A DNA stretch of 64,000 nt from Bdellovibrionota bacterium (GTDB taxonomy: Bacteria; Bdellovibrionota_C; UBA2361; CALJRW01). Position numbers and translations under genes: made by a program. The stretch is from NCBI GenBank assembly GCA_041740355.1, contig JBGSMD010000063.1, positions 96,001 through 160,000 of the forward strand. Reading direction: 5' to 3'. This document shows positions 19,275 to 28,146 of this stretch, one piece after another (positions within the stretch are counted from its first letter, which is position 1; each line of letters opens with the position of its first letter). The notes beneath the pieces were generated by a model. It ran no database searches. It saw only the letters and a program-made list of their open reading frames with translations, and was not told the DNA's origin.

Positions 19275-19347
19275 ACGCTAGTAGCTCAATTGGTAGAGCA
19301 TCGGATTCCAAATCCGAGGGTTGGGGGTTCAAGTCCCTCCTGGCGTG
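19275..19347 (+). tRNA. tRNA-Trp (CCA)
   Basis: ACGCTAG/CTGGCGT acceptor stem, TCGGA-TTCCAAA-TCCGA anticodon arm, GGTTCAAGTCC. CCA tail not encoded. Confidence 0.95.
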
Positions 19348-19419
19348 TTCTCCCCTTTTGGGTCACACGGCATCGAACCATTTAAATACCTCGATGTATT
19401 GTGACCCAAAAGGGGAGAA
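19348..19419. repeat. Long inverted repeat directly after tRNA-Trp
   Basis: Perfect 20-bp arms TTCTCCCCTTTTGGGTCACA/TGTGACCCAAAAGGGGAGAA plus inner CATCGA/TCGATG. Confidence 0.9.
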
Positions 19420-19498
19420 TGGGGTTAAAATACAACTACATATTTACTATAGAAAAAATAAATATAATAAAAGCGAATTAATCGCGTCTAAGACAATT

Positions 19499-20053
19499 AT
19501 GAAATCCCAAGAAGGAATTAGTTTTTTTCACTCACAACTTGATGCCACCATCGGCTGGGCACGTAAGTATTCTCTATTCACGTATCCTTTCGTAACAGCT
19601 TGTTGTGGCATGGAATACATGGCTGTTAGCTGTGCGCATTACGATACAGATCGATTCGGAGCAGCGTTACCAAGATTTACACCTCGCCAATCAGATTTAT
19701 TAATGGTTGTAGGAACTGTAAACCATAAACTTGCTCCAGTATTACTTCGAGTTTATGAACAAATGGCGGAACCTAAATATGTTGTTGCATTTGGTGCCTG
19801 TGCCTCTTCTGGTGGGTTTTACGACAACTACACTACGGTAGCCGGCATTGATAAAATTATTCCTGTAGATATGTACATCCCTGGTTGTCCACCAAGACCG
19901 GAAACAGTTTTAGATGCTTTAATTAAACTTCAAGAAAATATTAATAATTCTCGCCAACCACTTGTTCCAAGTCATGGTGGCACTCAACCTAGACCTGAGC
20001 TTCCAGAATTACTGGGTGAACCTATTGATTCTAAACTAACTAGAGTCCTTTAA
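19499..20053 (+). CDS. nuoB: NADH-quinone oxidoreductase subunit B
   Basis: WARKYSL, TACCGME, PRQSDL, YEQMAEPK, GACA and IPGCPPRPE. The true start is likely ATG 19499, because the longer ORF runs through tRNA-Trp. Confidence 0.95.
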   Translation: MKSQEGISFFHSQLDATIGWARKYSLFTYPFVTACCGMEYMAVSCAHYDTDRFGAALPRFTPRQSDLLMVVGTVNHKLAPVLLRVYEQMAEPKYVVAFGACASSGGFYDNYTTVAGIDKIIPVDMYIPGCPPRPETVLDALIKLQENINNSRQPLVPSHGGTQPRPELPELLGEPIDSKLTRVL

Positions 20054-20066
20054 TTACTCTTAATTT

Positions 20067-21197
20067 CTAAATAATTCCTAAGGTTTCATTTAGAAATTTC
20101 GCCACTGGCATAATTGTTACCCCGGACTCGTTGCGCATTTCAGTACCAAGATACAATAAGTAAGCCTTCGCTTGAGGGTAATCTTGTTTAAATAATTTTA
20201 AGCCCTCAAGATCACCACTGCGATATGTAGTTGCCCGCTTCACCTCAATCGCATGAAATCCTCTCTCTCCGTAAAGGACAAAATCAACCTCTTGCTTCTC
20301 ACGAGTTTGCCAAAAAAATATCTGGTACCCTAAGTCTTGATTATCATTAATTGCCTTTAGTTGCTGAAATACAAGTGTCTCTAGGGCAATCCCTTCTATT
20401 TCAGAATTGTGATCTAGTGGCCCAAGTGGTCGAATTGCACGATAAACACCTGAGTCAAAGAAATAAAATTTTGGGTGGCTAATAAGTTTTCGTTGTGCTT
20501 TCCTAGTAAAGACAGGCAAACGACAAGCAATTAATAAATCCTCTAAGAGAGTAAAATAGTTAGTCACAACTTTTCGCTCGACAGCACACTCGGCAGCAAC
20601 ATTTGTAATATTTAAAACTGATCCTTGGGAGAAAGAAGCCGCTTCTAAAAACCTAGCAAAGCCTGACAAATTACGAACTAATCCTTCCTGTAATACCTCT
20701 TCTTTTAAATAAGTTGCAACATAACTTTTCAAATAATCTTTAGGACTTGGTTCAGAGAATATTGCCGGTAAAAATCCAAACTCTAGTGAAAAATTTAAGT
20801 TGAAATCTGCTTTAAGTTCTAGGATAGTTAATGGATGAAAATTTTTACTATATGCTCGGCCAGCTAAAAGATTAACCCCTTTAGATCGTAATTTTCGAGC
20901 ACTAGAACCAGTTAAAAGAAAATTGTATTTTTTTTCTTCGATTAATCGATGAACGGTATTTAATAGGTTGGGAACTTTTTGAATTTCATCAATTAAAATA
21001 ATCTTTTGTGGATTATTGATATAAGTTTCCAATCTGTCAGGATTTGCTAATAATTCAGTATAGGTCTGATCGACTAAGAGATTGATATAATCTGATTCAG
21101 GATATGTCATCCTTAGCCAAGAGGATTTTCCCGTCCCCCTAGGTCCCAGCAAAAAGTAACTTTTATTAGGTATTATTTTAATATTTCTGCCGTACAT
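20067..21197 (-). CDS. AAA_14 ATPase with DUF4143 (PD-(D/E)xK-like) C-terminus
   Basis: GPRGTGKS, IDEIQK, TGSSA, LAGRA, PKFYFFDSG and EVDFV...IEVK. Confidence 0.9.
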   Translation of the reverse strand: MYGRNIKIIPNKSYFLLGPRGTGKSSWLRMTYPESDYINLLVDQTYTELLANPDRLETYINNPQKIILIDEIQKVPNLLNTVHRLIEEKKYNFLLTGSSARKLRSKGVNLLAGRAYSKNFHPLTILELKADFNLNFSLEFGFLPAIFSEPSPKDYLKSYVATYLKEEVLQEGLVRNLSGFARFLEAASFSQGSVLNITNVAAECAVERKVVTNYFTLLEDLLIACRLPVFTRKAQRKLISHPKFYFFDSGVYRAIRPLGPLDHNSEIEGIALETLVFQQLKAINDNQDLGYQIFFWQTREKQEVDFVLYGERGFHAIEVKRATTYRSGDLEGLKLFKQDYPQAKAYLLYLGTEMRNESGVTIMPVAKFLNETLGII

Positions 21198-21301
21198 AAT
21201 TCCATTTTTACATGATTTTTGGAAGTAGGCAATCCATTTTACAAACCTTAAAGTTCAAGAATTACTAAGTAGCTAATTTCATTGGGAGAATATTCAATTT
21301 T

Positions 21302-21862
21302 TCAAAGGTTCGTTTTGGAGGAATCCAACCATTCCTCTCGTAGCAATCCATAGATTTTTTCATCATGAATCTTGCTCGTTGCTCGACATCTTACTGCTTG
21401 GCGAAGTAAGCCTTCAAATTTGAAACCAAGCTTTTCTGCCAGCATTGCTGATGCTTGATTCTCAGCAAATACACGAATTGTTAGTCGACGTAAGTCTAGT
21501 TCTTGAAAACCGTAAGGTAATATTGCCCTAACAGCCTCAGATATATAGCCATTCCTCCAGTAAGACTCACCAAGCCAATAACCTATCTCGGCAGTCTGGT
21601 TAATGAGATTGATTGCATAAAAAGAGACATGCCCAACAACTTCAATACTTGGCTTAACTAAAAGAGCAAATGTAATTTTTTCACTTGAGTCACGTCCAGA
21701 AACGCAGTTATTTACCCACCATGTCGCGTCGGAGTCGGTGTATGGAAATGGAACCACTGTGAGATAGCGCGAAATGTTAATATTATTAATGTTGGTCTTA
21801 ATGTTGTCAGCATCAGATAATTCTACCGGCCTAAGAGTAAGTCTTTCCGTTTCAATAATCAT
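21302..21862 (-). CDS. GNAT acetyltransferase, RimJ/RimL family
   Basis: IETERLTLRP, AEIGYWL..YWRNGY, NQAS..LAEKLGFKFEG and YGLLREEW. Confidence 0.92.
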   Translation of the reverse strand: MIIETERLTLRPVELSDADNIKTNINNINISRYLTVVPFPYTDSDATWWVNNCVSGRDSSEKITFALLVKPSIEVVGHVSFYAINLINQTAEIGYWLGESYWRNGYISEAVRAILPYGFQELDLRRLTIRVFAENQASAMLAEKLGFKFEGLLRQAVRCRATSKIHDEKIYGLLREEWLDSSKTNL

Positions 21863-24577
21863 CTAGCGCATTTTCTTTCGTAATTTTTTTCTTTCTAAAA
21901 GCTTAGCTCGAGCATCTTCCGGATCTTTTGGCTGAAAAGATGTAATCTTTCCTTCCTCATCAGCCTTGTCCTCCACTCCTGCTAATTCCATCTGACGCTG
22001 GATTTCTTCCCGGCGTTGATGTTCTGCTAATATATGGTGGACTAACTTTTGTAAGTCTTCCGCTTCAAAATAAGCCAGCTTACGAACTACTTCGGCTTTA
22101 AACTTATCAAGCATCACAGTGAACAATCCATAACCCTCTTTTTGATATTCATGGAGTGGATTCTGCTGAGCATAGCCACGAAGCCCGATACCTTCCCGCA
22201 AAAAATCCATCTGTTGCAAATGAGCATTCCAGTTATGATCCAATAACTCCAAAACAGTTTCTTGTTCAACGGTAGGGAATTTAAAATCAAAAGCTTTGCC
22301 GGATTCGGTTAGCGAAAGATTAATGTTTAAATTTGGATTCTTCTCCATGAAATCATCCATTACTTCCTGCTGAATGATAGCTTTTGCCTGATAGAAATCT
22401 TTAGCTTCATTTCGAAGAAAATCAAAAACTGCCTGTTGATCTGTTTTAATTTTCTCCGGAATCACAACATCCTGATTAAATAGGAACTTATAACGTTCCT
22501 CTAAGGCAGCTAAATTCCACTGATGCGGCTTTAATTCTTCAGAGCAAATTCCTAAAACAGAATCTTCGATTAGATCATCAATCATTAACAAAATTTCACT
22601 GCGAAGATCCACTCCATGCAGAACTTTATTTCGCAAGTTATAGATTGCTTTTCTTTGCTTATTAAGAACGTCATCATACTCCGTTACTTGCTTACGGCTT
22701 TCAAAGTGATGTCGCTCAACTCTGGCTTGGGCATTCTCAATAGTTTTGCTAATAATTCGACTGTCAATTGCTAAACCTTCTTTCCAACCCATCTTCTCCA
22801 TTAGCCCCTGATAGCGATCTCCACCAAAACGCTTCATTAAGTTATCTTCAAGTGAAATGTAGAATAAAGATTTTCCAGGATCTCCCTGACGACCGGCACG
22901 TCCTCTTAACTGATTGTCAATGCGGCGAGACTCATGTCGCTCCGTACCAATAATATACAAGCCTCCCGCTTCGAGCACTTGCAATTTTTCTTTTGCGCAA
23001 GTTTCCTTAGCTTCAATAAATGCTTCTTCAAACTCAGGAGTGCCCTTCTTGGCCTTAGAACTAGCTAAGTATTCTGGATTACCCCCTAAAACGATATCTG
23101 TTCCACGCCCCGCCATGTTCGTAGCAATAGTAACTGCTCCATATCTTCCTGCTTGAGCAACAATCTCAGCTTCTTTCTGGTGATGTTTAGCATTTAAAAC
23201 ATGATGCGGAATCGATTTTTGAACTAGCATACTAGAGAGCAATTCACTTTGTTCAATATTTGTTGTCCCCACAAGAGTAGGTTGACCCTTAGCATGAACT
23301 TCTTCAATCTCTTCGATTACTGCTATGTATTTTTCTCGATTTGTTCGGTAAACAACATCGGAAAGATCAAGTCTGGCAAGCTTTAAATTAGTTGGAATAA
23401 CAGCGACATCTAATTTATAAATTGTTTTGAACTCGGCAGCTTCAGTCATCGCTGTTCCAGTCATTCCCGAAAGCTTATTATACATTCGAAATAGATTTTG
23501 AAAGGTAATCGATGCTAAGGTGCGATTCTCCCGAGCAATTTTCACACCCTCTTTTGCTTCAATAGCTTGGTGTAATCCATCAGACCATCGTCGTCCAGGC
23601 ATTAAGCGACCTGTAAATTCATCAACAATAATCACCTGGCCATTCTTTACAACATAATCAATATCCCGGTGCATGGTGTTATACGCTCTTAAGCTTTGAT
23701 TAACATGGTGAAGAGTTTCAATCTCAGCGGGATCGTATAAATTTTCTACACCTAAAAGTTCTTCCGCTTGAGCAATTCCAACTTCATTTAAAGTCGGATT
23801 CTTTGTTTTTAGATCGACTTCGTAATGCAAATCAATTTTAAGTTTTGGAATAATTTTATTGACCTTGGAATAAAGTGCTGAGGAATCTTCGGCTGGTCCA
23901 GAAATAATTAACGGAGTTCTAGCCTCGTCAATTAAAATGGAATCGACCTCGTCAACTAGCGCATAATTATGCCCACGTTGCATCAAGTCTTCTTTATTAA
24001 ATTTTAAATTATCTCTGAGGTAATCAAAACCAAACTCGTTATTTTGTCCATAAGTAATATCAGCTTGATATGCTGCACGTTTATCTTCTTCGGGCATTCC
24101 AGAATAGATCACACCGACACTCATGCCTAGGAAATTATATATCTGCCCCATCCACTCAGCATCACGTTTTGCTAAGTAATCATTAACAGTTACAACATGA
24201 ACTCCTTTACCAGTTAGGGCATTGAGATAAACCGGCAAAGTTGCCATTAGAGTCTTACCTTCCCCAGTTTTCATTTCGGAAATCATTCCACTATGCAACA
24301 CCATTCCACCAATTAACTGAACGTCATAGTGTCTCATCCCAAGGGTTCTTTGCGCCGCCTGACGAACAACTGCAAAAACTTCTGGTAATATCTGCTCTAA
24401 TGTTTCCCCACGGTCCAAGCGTTCTTTGAAAACTAAAGTGTGCCGTCGCAAATCTTGGTCATTTAATTTAGCGAACTCAGGCTCTAATTGATTAATCTTA
24501 GCAACGTTTGGGGCTAAGGTTTTGAGGAAACGATCATTAGACGTTCCAAAGACTTTTTTAAAAACTGAATTTAACAT
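21863..24577 (-). CDS. secA: Preprotein translocase ATPase SecA
   Basis: MKTGEGKT, VTVNDYLAKRD, DEVDSILIDEARTPLIISG and RIDNQLRGRAGRQGDPG. Confidence 0.98.
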   Translation of the reverse strand: MLNSVFKKVFGTSNDRFLKTLAPNVAKINQLEPEFAKLNDQDLRRHTLVFKERLDRGETLEQILPEVFAVVRQAAQRTLGMRHYDVQLIGGMVLHSGMISEMKTGEGKTLMATLPVYLNALTGKGVHVVTVNDYLAKRDAEWMGQIYNFLGMSVGVIYSGMPEEDKRAAYQADITYGQNNEFGFDYLRDNLKFNKEDLMQRGHNYALVDEVDSILIDEARTPLIISGPAEDSSALYSKVNKIIPKLKIDLHYEVDLKTKNPTLNEVGIAQAEELLGVENLYDPAEIETLHHVNQSLRAYNTMHRDIDYVVKNGQVIIVDEFTGRLMPGRRWSDGLHQAIEAKEGVKIARENRTLASITFQNLFRMYNKLSGMTGTAMTEAAEFKTIYKLDVAVIPTNLKLARLDLSDVVYRTNREKYIAVIEEIEEVHAKGQPTLVGTTNIEQSELLSSMLVQKSIPHHVLNAKHHQKEAEIVAQAGRYGAVTIATNMAGRGTDIVLGGNPEYLASSKAKKGTPEFEEAFIEAKETCAKEKLQVLEAGGLYIIGTERHESRRIDNQLRGRAGRQGDPGKSLFYISLEDNLMKRFGGDRYQGLMEKMGWKEGLAIDSRIISKTIENAQARVERHHFESRKQVTEYDDVLNKQRKAIYNLRNKVLHGVDLRSEILLMIDDLIEDSVLGICSEELKPHQWNLAALEERYKFLFNQDVVIPEKIKTDQQAVFDFLRNEAKDFYQAKAIIQQEVMDDFMEKNPNLNINLSLTESGKAFDFKFPTVEQETVLELLDHNWNAHLQQMDFLREGIGLRGYAQQNPLHEYQKEGYGLFTVMLDKFKAEVVRKLAYFEAEDLQKLVHHILAEHQRREEIQRQMELAGVEDKADEEGKITSFQPKDPEDARAKLLERKKLRKKMR

Positions 24578-24854
24578 CGAGGCGAATTAGGAAAAAATCT
24601 AGATTGATCTAGCAATAAATGTGTAATTCCTCAATCAATTTTGGGGAATACTACTTTAAATAAGTCTCGTTTTCTTTATTTTCAATACTGCTATCGGAAA
24701 ATACAAAAATAACTTATCTTAATGAGGACTTGAAAGATACAACTACAAAATATAGCTGACAATCTTTAAAATAAACCCTCCTCTCTGATTATTTTCGATA
24801 ATAAGAGTTATAAAGGTGATTTTTGTACTTTTTCTACGATAATGACCTCAAATA

Positions 24855-25250
24855 ATGAATAAAAATAGCCGATTTTTAGCAATTCGTACAGTGATGCTGC
24901 CAAAAGACACTAATTATATGGGACATATCTTTGGTGGGCATATTTTAAGCATGATTGACTTAGCTGCTGCTCAACACTCCACCTTGATTGCTAATCAAAA
25001 ATTTGTAACAAAACTCTTTAAAGAAGCTAATTTTGTTGCTCCGGTGTTTGTCGGTGATGCCGTAAATTTCTTCACGGAAACAGTTAAAATTGGGAATACA
25101 TCAGTAATGGTTCGGGTGACAGTAGAGGCTCAGCGACATAATAATCCAACTCAGATCGATCAAGTTACCACTGCTGAAGTTTTAATGGTTGCTGTTGATC
25201 AAGACAATAAACCAACTAGGATTATCGCAAATAATCCCCTTCCTTCGTAG
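24855..25250 (+). CDS. Hotdog-fold acyl-CoA thioesterase (YciA-like)
   Basis: PKDTNYMGHIFGGHILSMIDLAA and GNTSV. Confidence 0.9.
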   Translation: MNKNSRFLAIRTVMLPKDTNYMGHIFGGHILSMIDLAAAQHSTLIANQKFVTKLFKEANFVAPVFVGDAVNFFTETVKIGNTSVMVRVTVEAQRHNNPTQIDQVTTAEVLMVAVDQDNKPTRIIANNPLPS

Positions 25251-26214
25251 CGATAAAAGCATCCTCTGACTCAATCTTCTCACTGTTTCCACTCTTAAAG
25301 GCAATGGAGGCCATTTGTGAATTAAAAAAGAAAACCGGCTTTGCACCTTTGGCAATTAAAATCATTGCCCCACCCTTACCCTGACATTTACGTCCTAGTT
25401 CCGAAAACTCATTTTTTAAAATTGTCATTAATTGTTCGGGTTGCTTCTGAAAGATTTCAACGTCAGCTCTTAATTTGTCGCGAATACCGGCAATCACAAA
25501 TCCTGAAATTTGTGATTGTAAAAATGATTCCCCATTACCAGTCGTTGACAGTCCACAGATATCACTATCCGCGAAAACTCCCGATCCAATAATCGGACTA
25601 TCTCCAATTCTTCCGTTTCGTTTCGTATTCACACCACCAGTGCAGGTTCCAGCAGCGATGTTACCAACTCCATCACGCACCACACAACCGACAGTTCCAT
25701 GAGTTGTTCCACCACCAGCAAACTCCGCCTGATTCTCTTTCAACATCTCAGTTACATACGGAGAGAGTAAATCTTGATGGTTAGCAACCCAACCATAACG
25801 CTCTTTAATCTCCGCGTTACAATTATCTGCTTTTTCCATTAGCTCTTGAGTCCAAACAGAAACTAAAGATCTTTCCTCACTTAAAAGATCTAGTGCCACA
25901 GCGGATGGATGAATAATTTTTCTAATGTTTAGCAAAGAAACAAAATTTAAGTTTCCCCTCATTAGTCCAATGTCTTGCAGAACAATACCGTTTACATTCG
26001 GATATCCACCATAGCCCGCATTAAAGTATTCTGATTTTTCCATTACCCGAATTGCAGCCACAACGGCTTCTTCCGCTGTACTTCCTGCTAATAATTTTTT
26101 CCAAGCAGCTTCCCGTGCTTCAATTAAATAAGGGACTTTTTTTATTACACGCTGATGATTCAACGTGCCGGCTCCACCGTGCAAAATTACAGAGAAATGA
26201 TGACTTTGATTCAC
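25222..26214 (-). CDS. iaaA: Isoaspartyl peptidase / L-asparaginase (Ntn hydrolase)
   Basis: LHGGAG, FNAGYG, HGTVGCV (catalytic Thr), TGG, GRIGDSPIIGSG and TTGNGE. Confidence 0.9.
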   Translation of the reverse strand: MNQSHHFSVILHGGAGTLNHQRVIKKVPYLIEAREAAWKKLLAGSTAEEAVVAAIRVMEKSEYFNAGYGGYPNVNGIVLQDIGLMRGNLNFVSLLNIRKIIHPSAVALDLLSEERSLVSVWTQELMEKADNCNAEIKERYGWVANHQDLLSPYVTEMLKENQAEFAGGGTTHGTVGCVVRDGVGNIAAGTCTGGVNTKRNGRIGDSPIIGSGVFADSDICGLSTTGNGESFLQSQISGFVIAGIRDKLRADVEIFQKQPEQLMTILKNEFSELGRKCQGKGGAMILIAKGAKPVFFFNSQMASIAFKSGNSEKIESEDAFIATKEGDYLR

Positions 26215-26249
26215 TTGATTTTATTGAGAATTGTTCATAATGTTATCTA

Positions 26250-27551
26250 GTGACTATAGAATATTTGCCAAGGTTTAGAAAAGCTTTAAACCTGCCCCCA
26301 AATCATTATTTTCTGCACATCGCTGATATTATCAGCTCTCCTAATCGCGAGCAGTTTTTTAAGCCTGAAGCTCAAGGTAGCAAACCACATACACATGCCG
26401 CTCGTGCCTTACCAATAGCGGAATCCAGTGACATTGTTGTTTTAAGTGCGCCCCTTAATCAAAGCTACTACCAGTGGCTCAGATCTCATGGATTAAGCAC
26501 TGAGCATGTTTATAGTTATAACTTAGAAGATACAACCAGCTCGCTTGCTGAAATTATTTCCAGTAATCCCCAGCCTGTCCTTGATTTAATTCAGTCCCAA
26601 TCTGGCACTGCCGTATATTTACCTTTTTATGGAAGTGAGCAGGATCAAATTACTGCAGAACAAATACTAGGGATAAAATTCTATGGAAGTGAAGAAAAAA
26701 TAACTCTTCAATATTTTGATAAATTAATTTTTAAAAATATCTGCACCGACTTAGGGATTGAAATGGTTGAGGGTGACACCCACGACTTGGAACCATATTC
26801 TACACTGAACCGTAAAGAGCTTGCTCAAACAGTTAAAAACCTCTTAAAGAGCTATGAAAAATTAATTATCAGGGGCACTATTGGCTCTGCTGGCAGGTCT
26901 CTTTTTACGACAGACAATGCTGACATTAAAGATATTTATAAGGAGTTACTTTTAAATAATGATCAGCAAGTATTAATTGAACCACTTTTAAATGTAATCT
27001 CTTCACCTAACGATCAATGGATCATTGACCTAAGTGGTGAATGTCGCCACCTCAGCCTGACAGCTCAACTCTTTCAGGGATTAAAGCATGCTGGAAACAT
27101 TTCCGGGCAATATTATTCTCCAAGAATTCAAAATTACATCTTAGAAATATCTGAAAAGATCGTTAAACAGATGGCGGGGGTAGGCTATCGTGGTGTTCTA
27201 GGCATTGACTACATCGTTAGTGATCAAGGTATTTTCCCAATTGAAAACAATGCGCGAGTTAATGGCTCGACTTACGTTCACGCCCTAGCTGAACAATTAG
27301 AAAAAAGCATTGGGAAAATTGAGTGTTGGAAATTTTATAAGGCAAAAACTATTCCAACTACTTTCGATCAATTTAGATTAACAATTTCTGAGGTTATCTA
27401 TGATGGAAAAAGAATTAATTCTGTGTTTCCCTTTGACTGCGATCTGCTAGAAGAAAAAGGAGAGCTAACAATTTTGATCTTTGCCGAAGATGTTTACCAT
27501 ATTGATTATCTGCAAGATGTTTTGAGTCAAAAAGGGATTATTCGAAAGTAA
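26250..27551 (+). CDS. ATP-grasp ligase with pre-ATP-grasp domain (PGM1-like)
   Basis: GSAGRS loop, LIEP, YRGVLGIDYIV and FPIENNARVNGST. N-terminal HAARAL...DIVVL pre-ATP-grasp-like region. Confidence 0.75.
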   Translation: MTIEYLPRFRKALNLPPNHYFLHIADIISSPNREQFFKPEAQGSKPHTHAARALPIAESSDIVVLSAPLNQSYYQWLRSHGLSTEHVYSYNLEDTTSSLAEIISSNPQPVLDLIQSQSGTAVYLPFYGSEQDQITAEQILGIKFYGSEEKITLQYFDKLIFKNICTDLGIEMVEGDTHDLEPYSTLNRKELAQTVKNLLKSYEKLIIRGTIGSAGRSLFTTDNADIKDIYKELLLNNDQQVLIEPLLNVISSPNDQWIIDLSGECRHLSLTAQLFQGLKHAGNISGQYYSPRIQNYILEISEKIVKQMAGVGYRGVLGIDYIVSDQGIFPIENNARVNGSTYVHALAEQLEKSIGKIECWKFYKAKTIPTTFDQFRLTISEVIYDGKRINSVFPFDCDLLEEKGELTILIFAEDVYHIDYLQDVLSQKGIIRK

Positions 27552-27552
27552 T

Positions 27553-27622
27553 ACTCCCCTTTGGGGACGCCCGCCATTTTTGCAAATATTAGCCCCCAAC
27601 TAGGCGTTCCCAAAGCAGAGAA
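27553..27622. repeat. Imperfect inverted repeat related to the tRNA-Trp hairpin
   Basis: CTCCCCTTTGGGGACGCC...GGCGTTCCCAAAGCAGAGAA, between convergent genes. Confidence 0.55.
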
Positions 27623-27684
27623 CAGGTTCTGTAAACGTTATTGAACAGTATTTAAATAGATAAAAATTGCTTCGGGTAGAACTG

Positions 27685-27942
27685 TTACAGCCCGCAAGTC
27701 TGTGCGGTTTCTGAACAGGATGGCTCTTTGGCATGATCGCATTTCTTACACTCACATTCCTTTCCTTCTTCGCATTTTTCACCACAATTGCACTTTTCCC
27801 CATCTTTATGGCAACTTTTTTCTTGATTCTGTGGCGCTGCCTTAGTCTCAATAGCGCTAGCTGAATTAATAGCGATCATTCCCACAACAATACCAAACAT
27901 CAGGCCCAAAAGAGTATAAAGAATTGTTTGTTTATTTTTCAT
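27685..27942 (-). CDS. Small exported Cys-rich (metallothionein-like) protein
   Basis: Signal peptide ending SASA, then 9 Cys and 2 His in the last ~42 residues (CxC, CxCxxC). Confidence 0.6.
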   Translation of the reverse strand: MKNKQTILYTLLGLMFGIVVGMIAINSASAIETKAAPQNQEKSCHKDGEKCNCGEKCEEGKECECKKCDHAKEPSCSETAQTCGL

Positions 27943-27991
27943 ATAAATTCTTCAAAAAAAATTACGCGAAGCAAAAAAACTAAATTTTTAC

Positions 27992-28054
27992 CGCTTCATA
28001 GCATATCCTACGATGACGGGCTTGCCACGTCATAGCACGAAGTGCGACGACGGG
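27992..28054. repeat. Tandem pair of REP-like palindromes
   Basis: CCGCTTCATAGCATATCCTACGATGACGGG followed by CCACGTCATAGCACGAAGTGCGACGACGGG. Confidence 0.55.
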
Positions 28055-28146
28055 TTACTAGAAACTAAATGAGCAGGAAGAATATGATCTATACCATATC
28101 CAGCCCATTTCGGAAACACTCGTCGAGACTATTTGATTTAAGGCAG

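Noticed and set aside
19238-19498. N-terminal extension of NuoB
   Set aside because: It is a chance open frame through tRNA-Trp and its hairpin; NuoB similarity starts near ATG 19499.
20067-21197. Defence island or integrase near tRNA-Trp
   Set aside because: AAA_14+DUF4143 is a common solitary gene. No integrase, att pair or partner genes are present.
27600-27851. 83-aa basic ORF
   Set aside because: Alternative frame overlapping the Cys-rich peptide gene, which has an ATG and a signal peptide.
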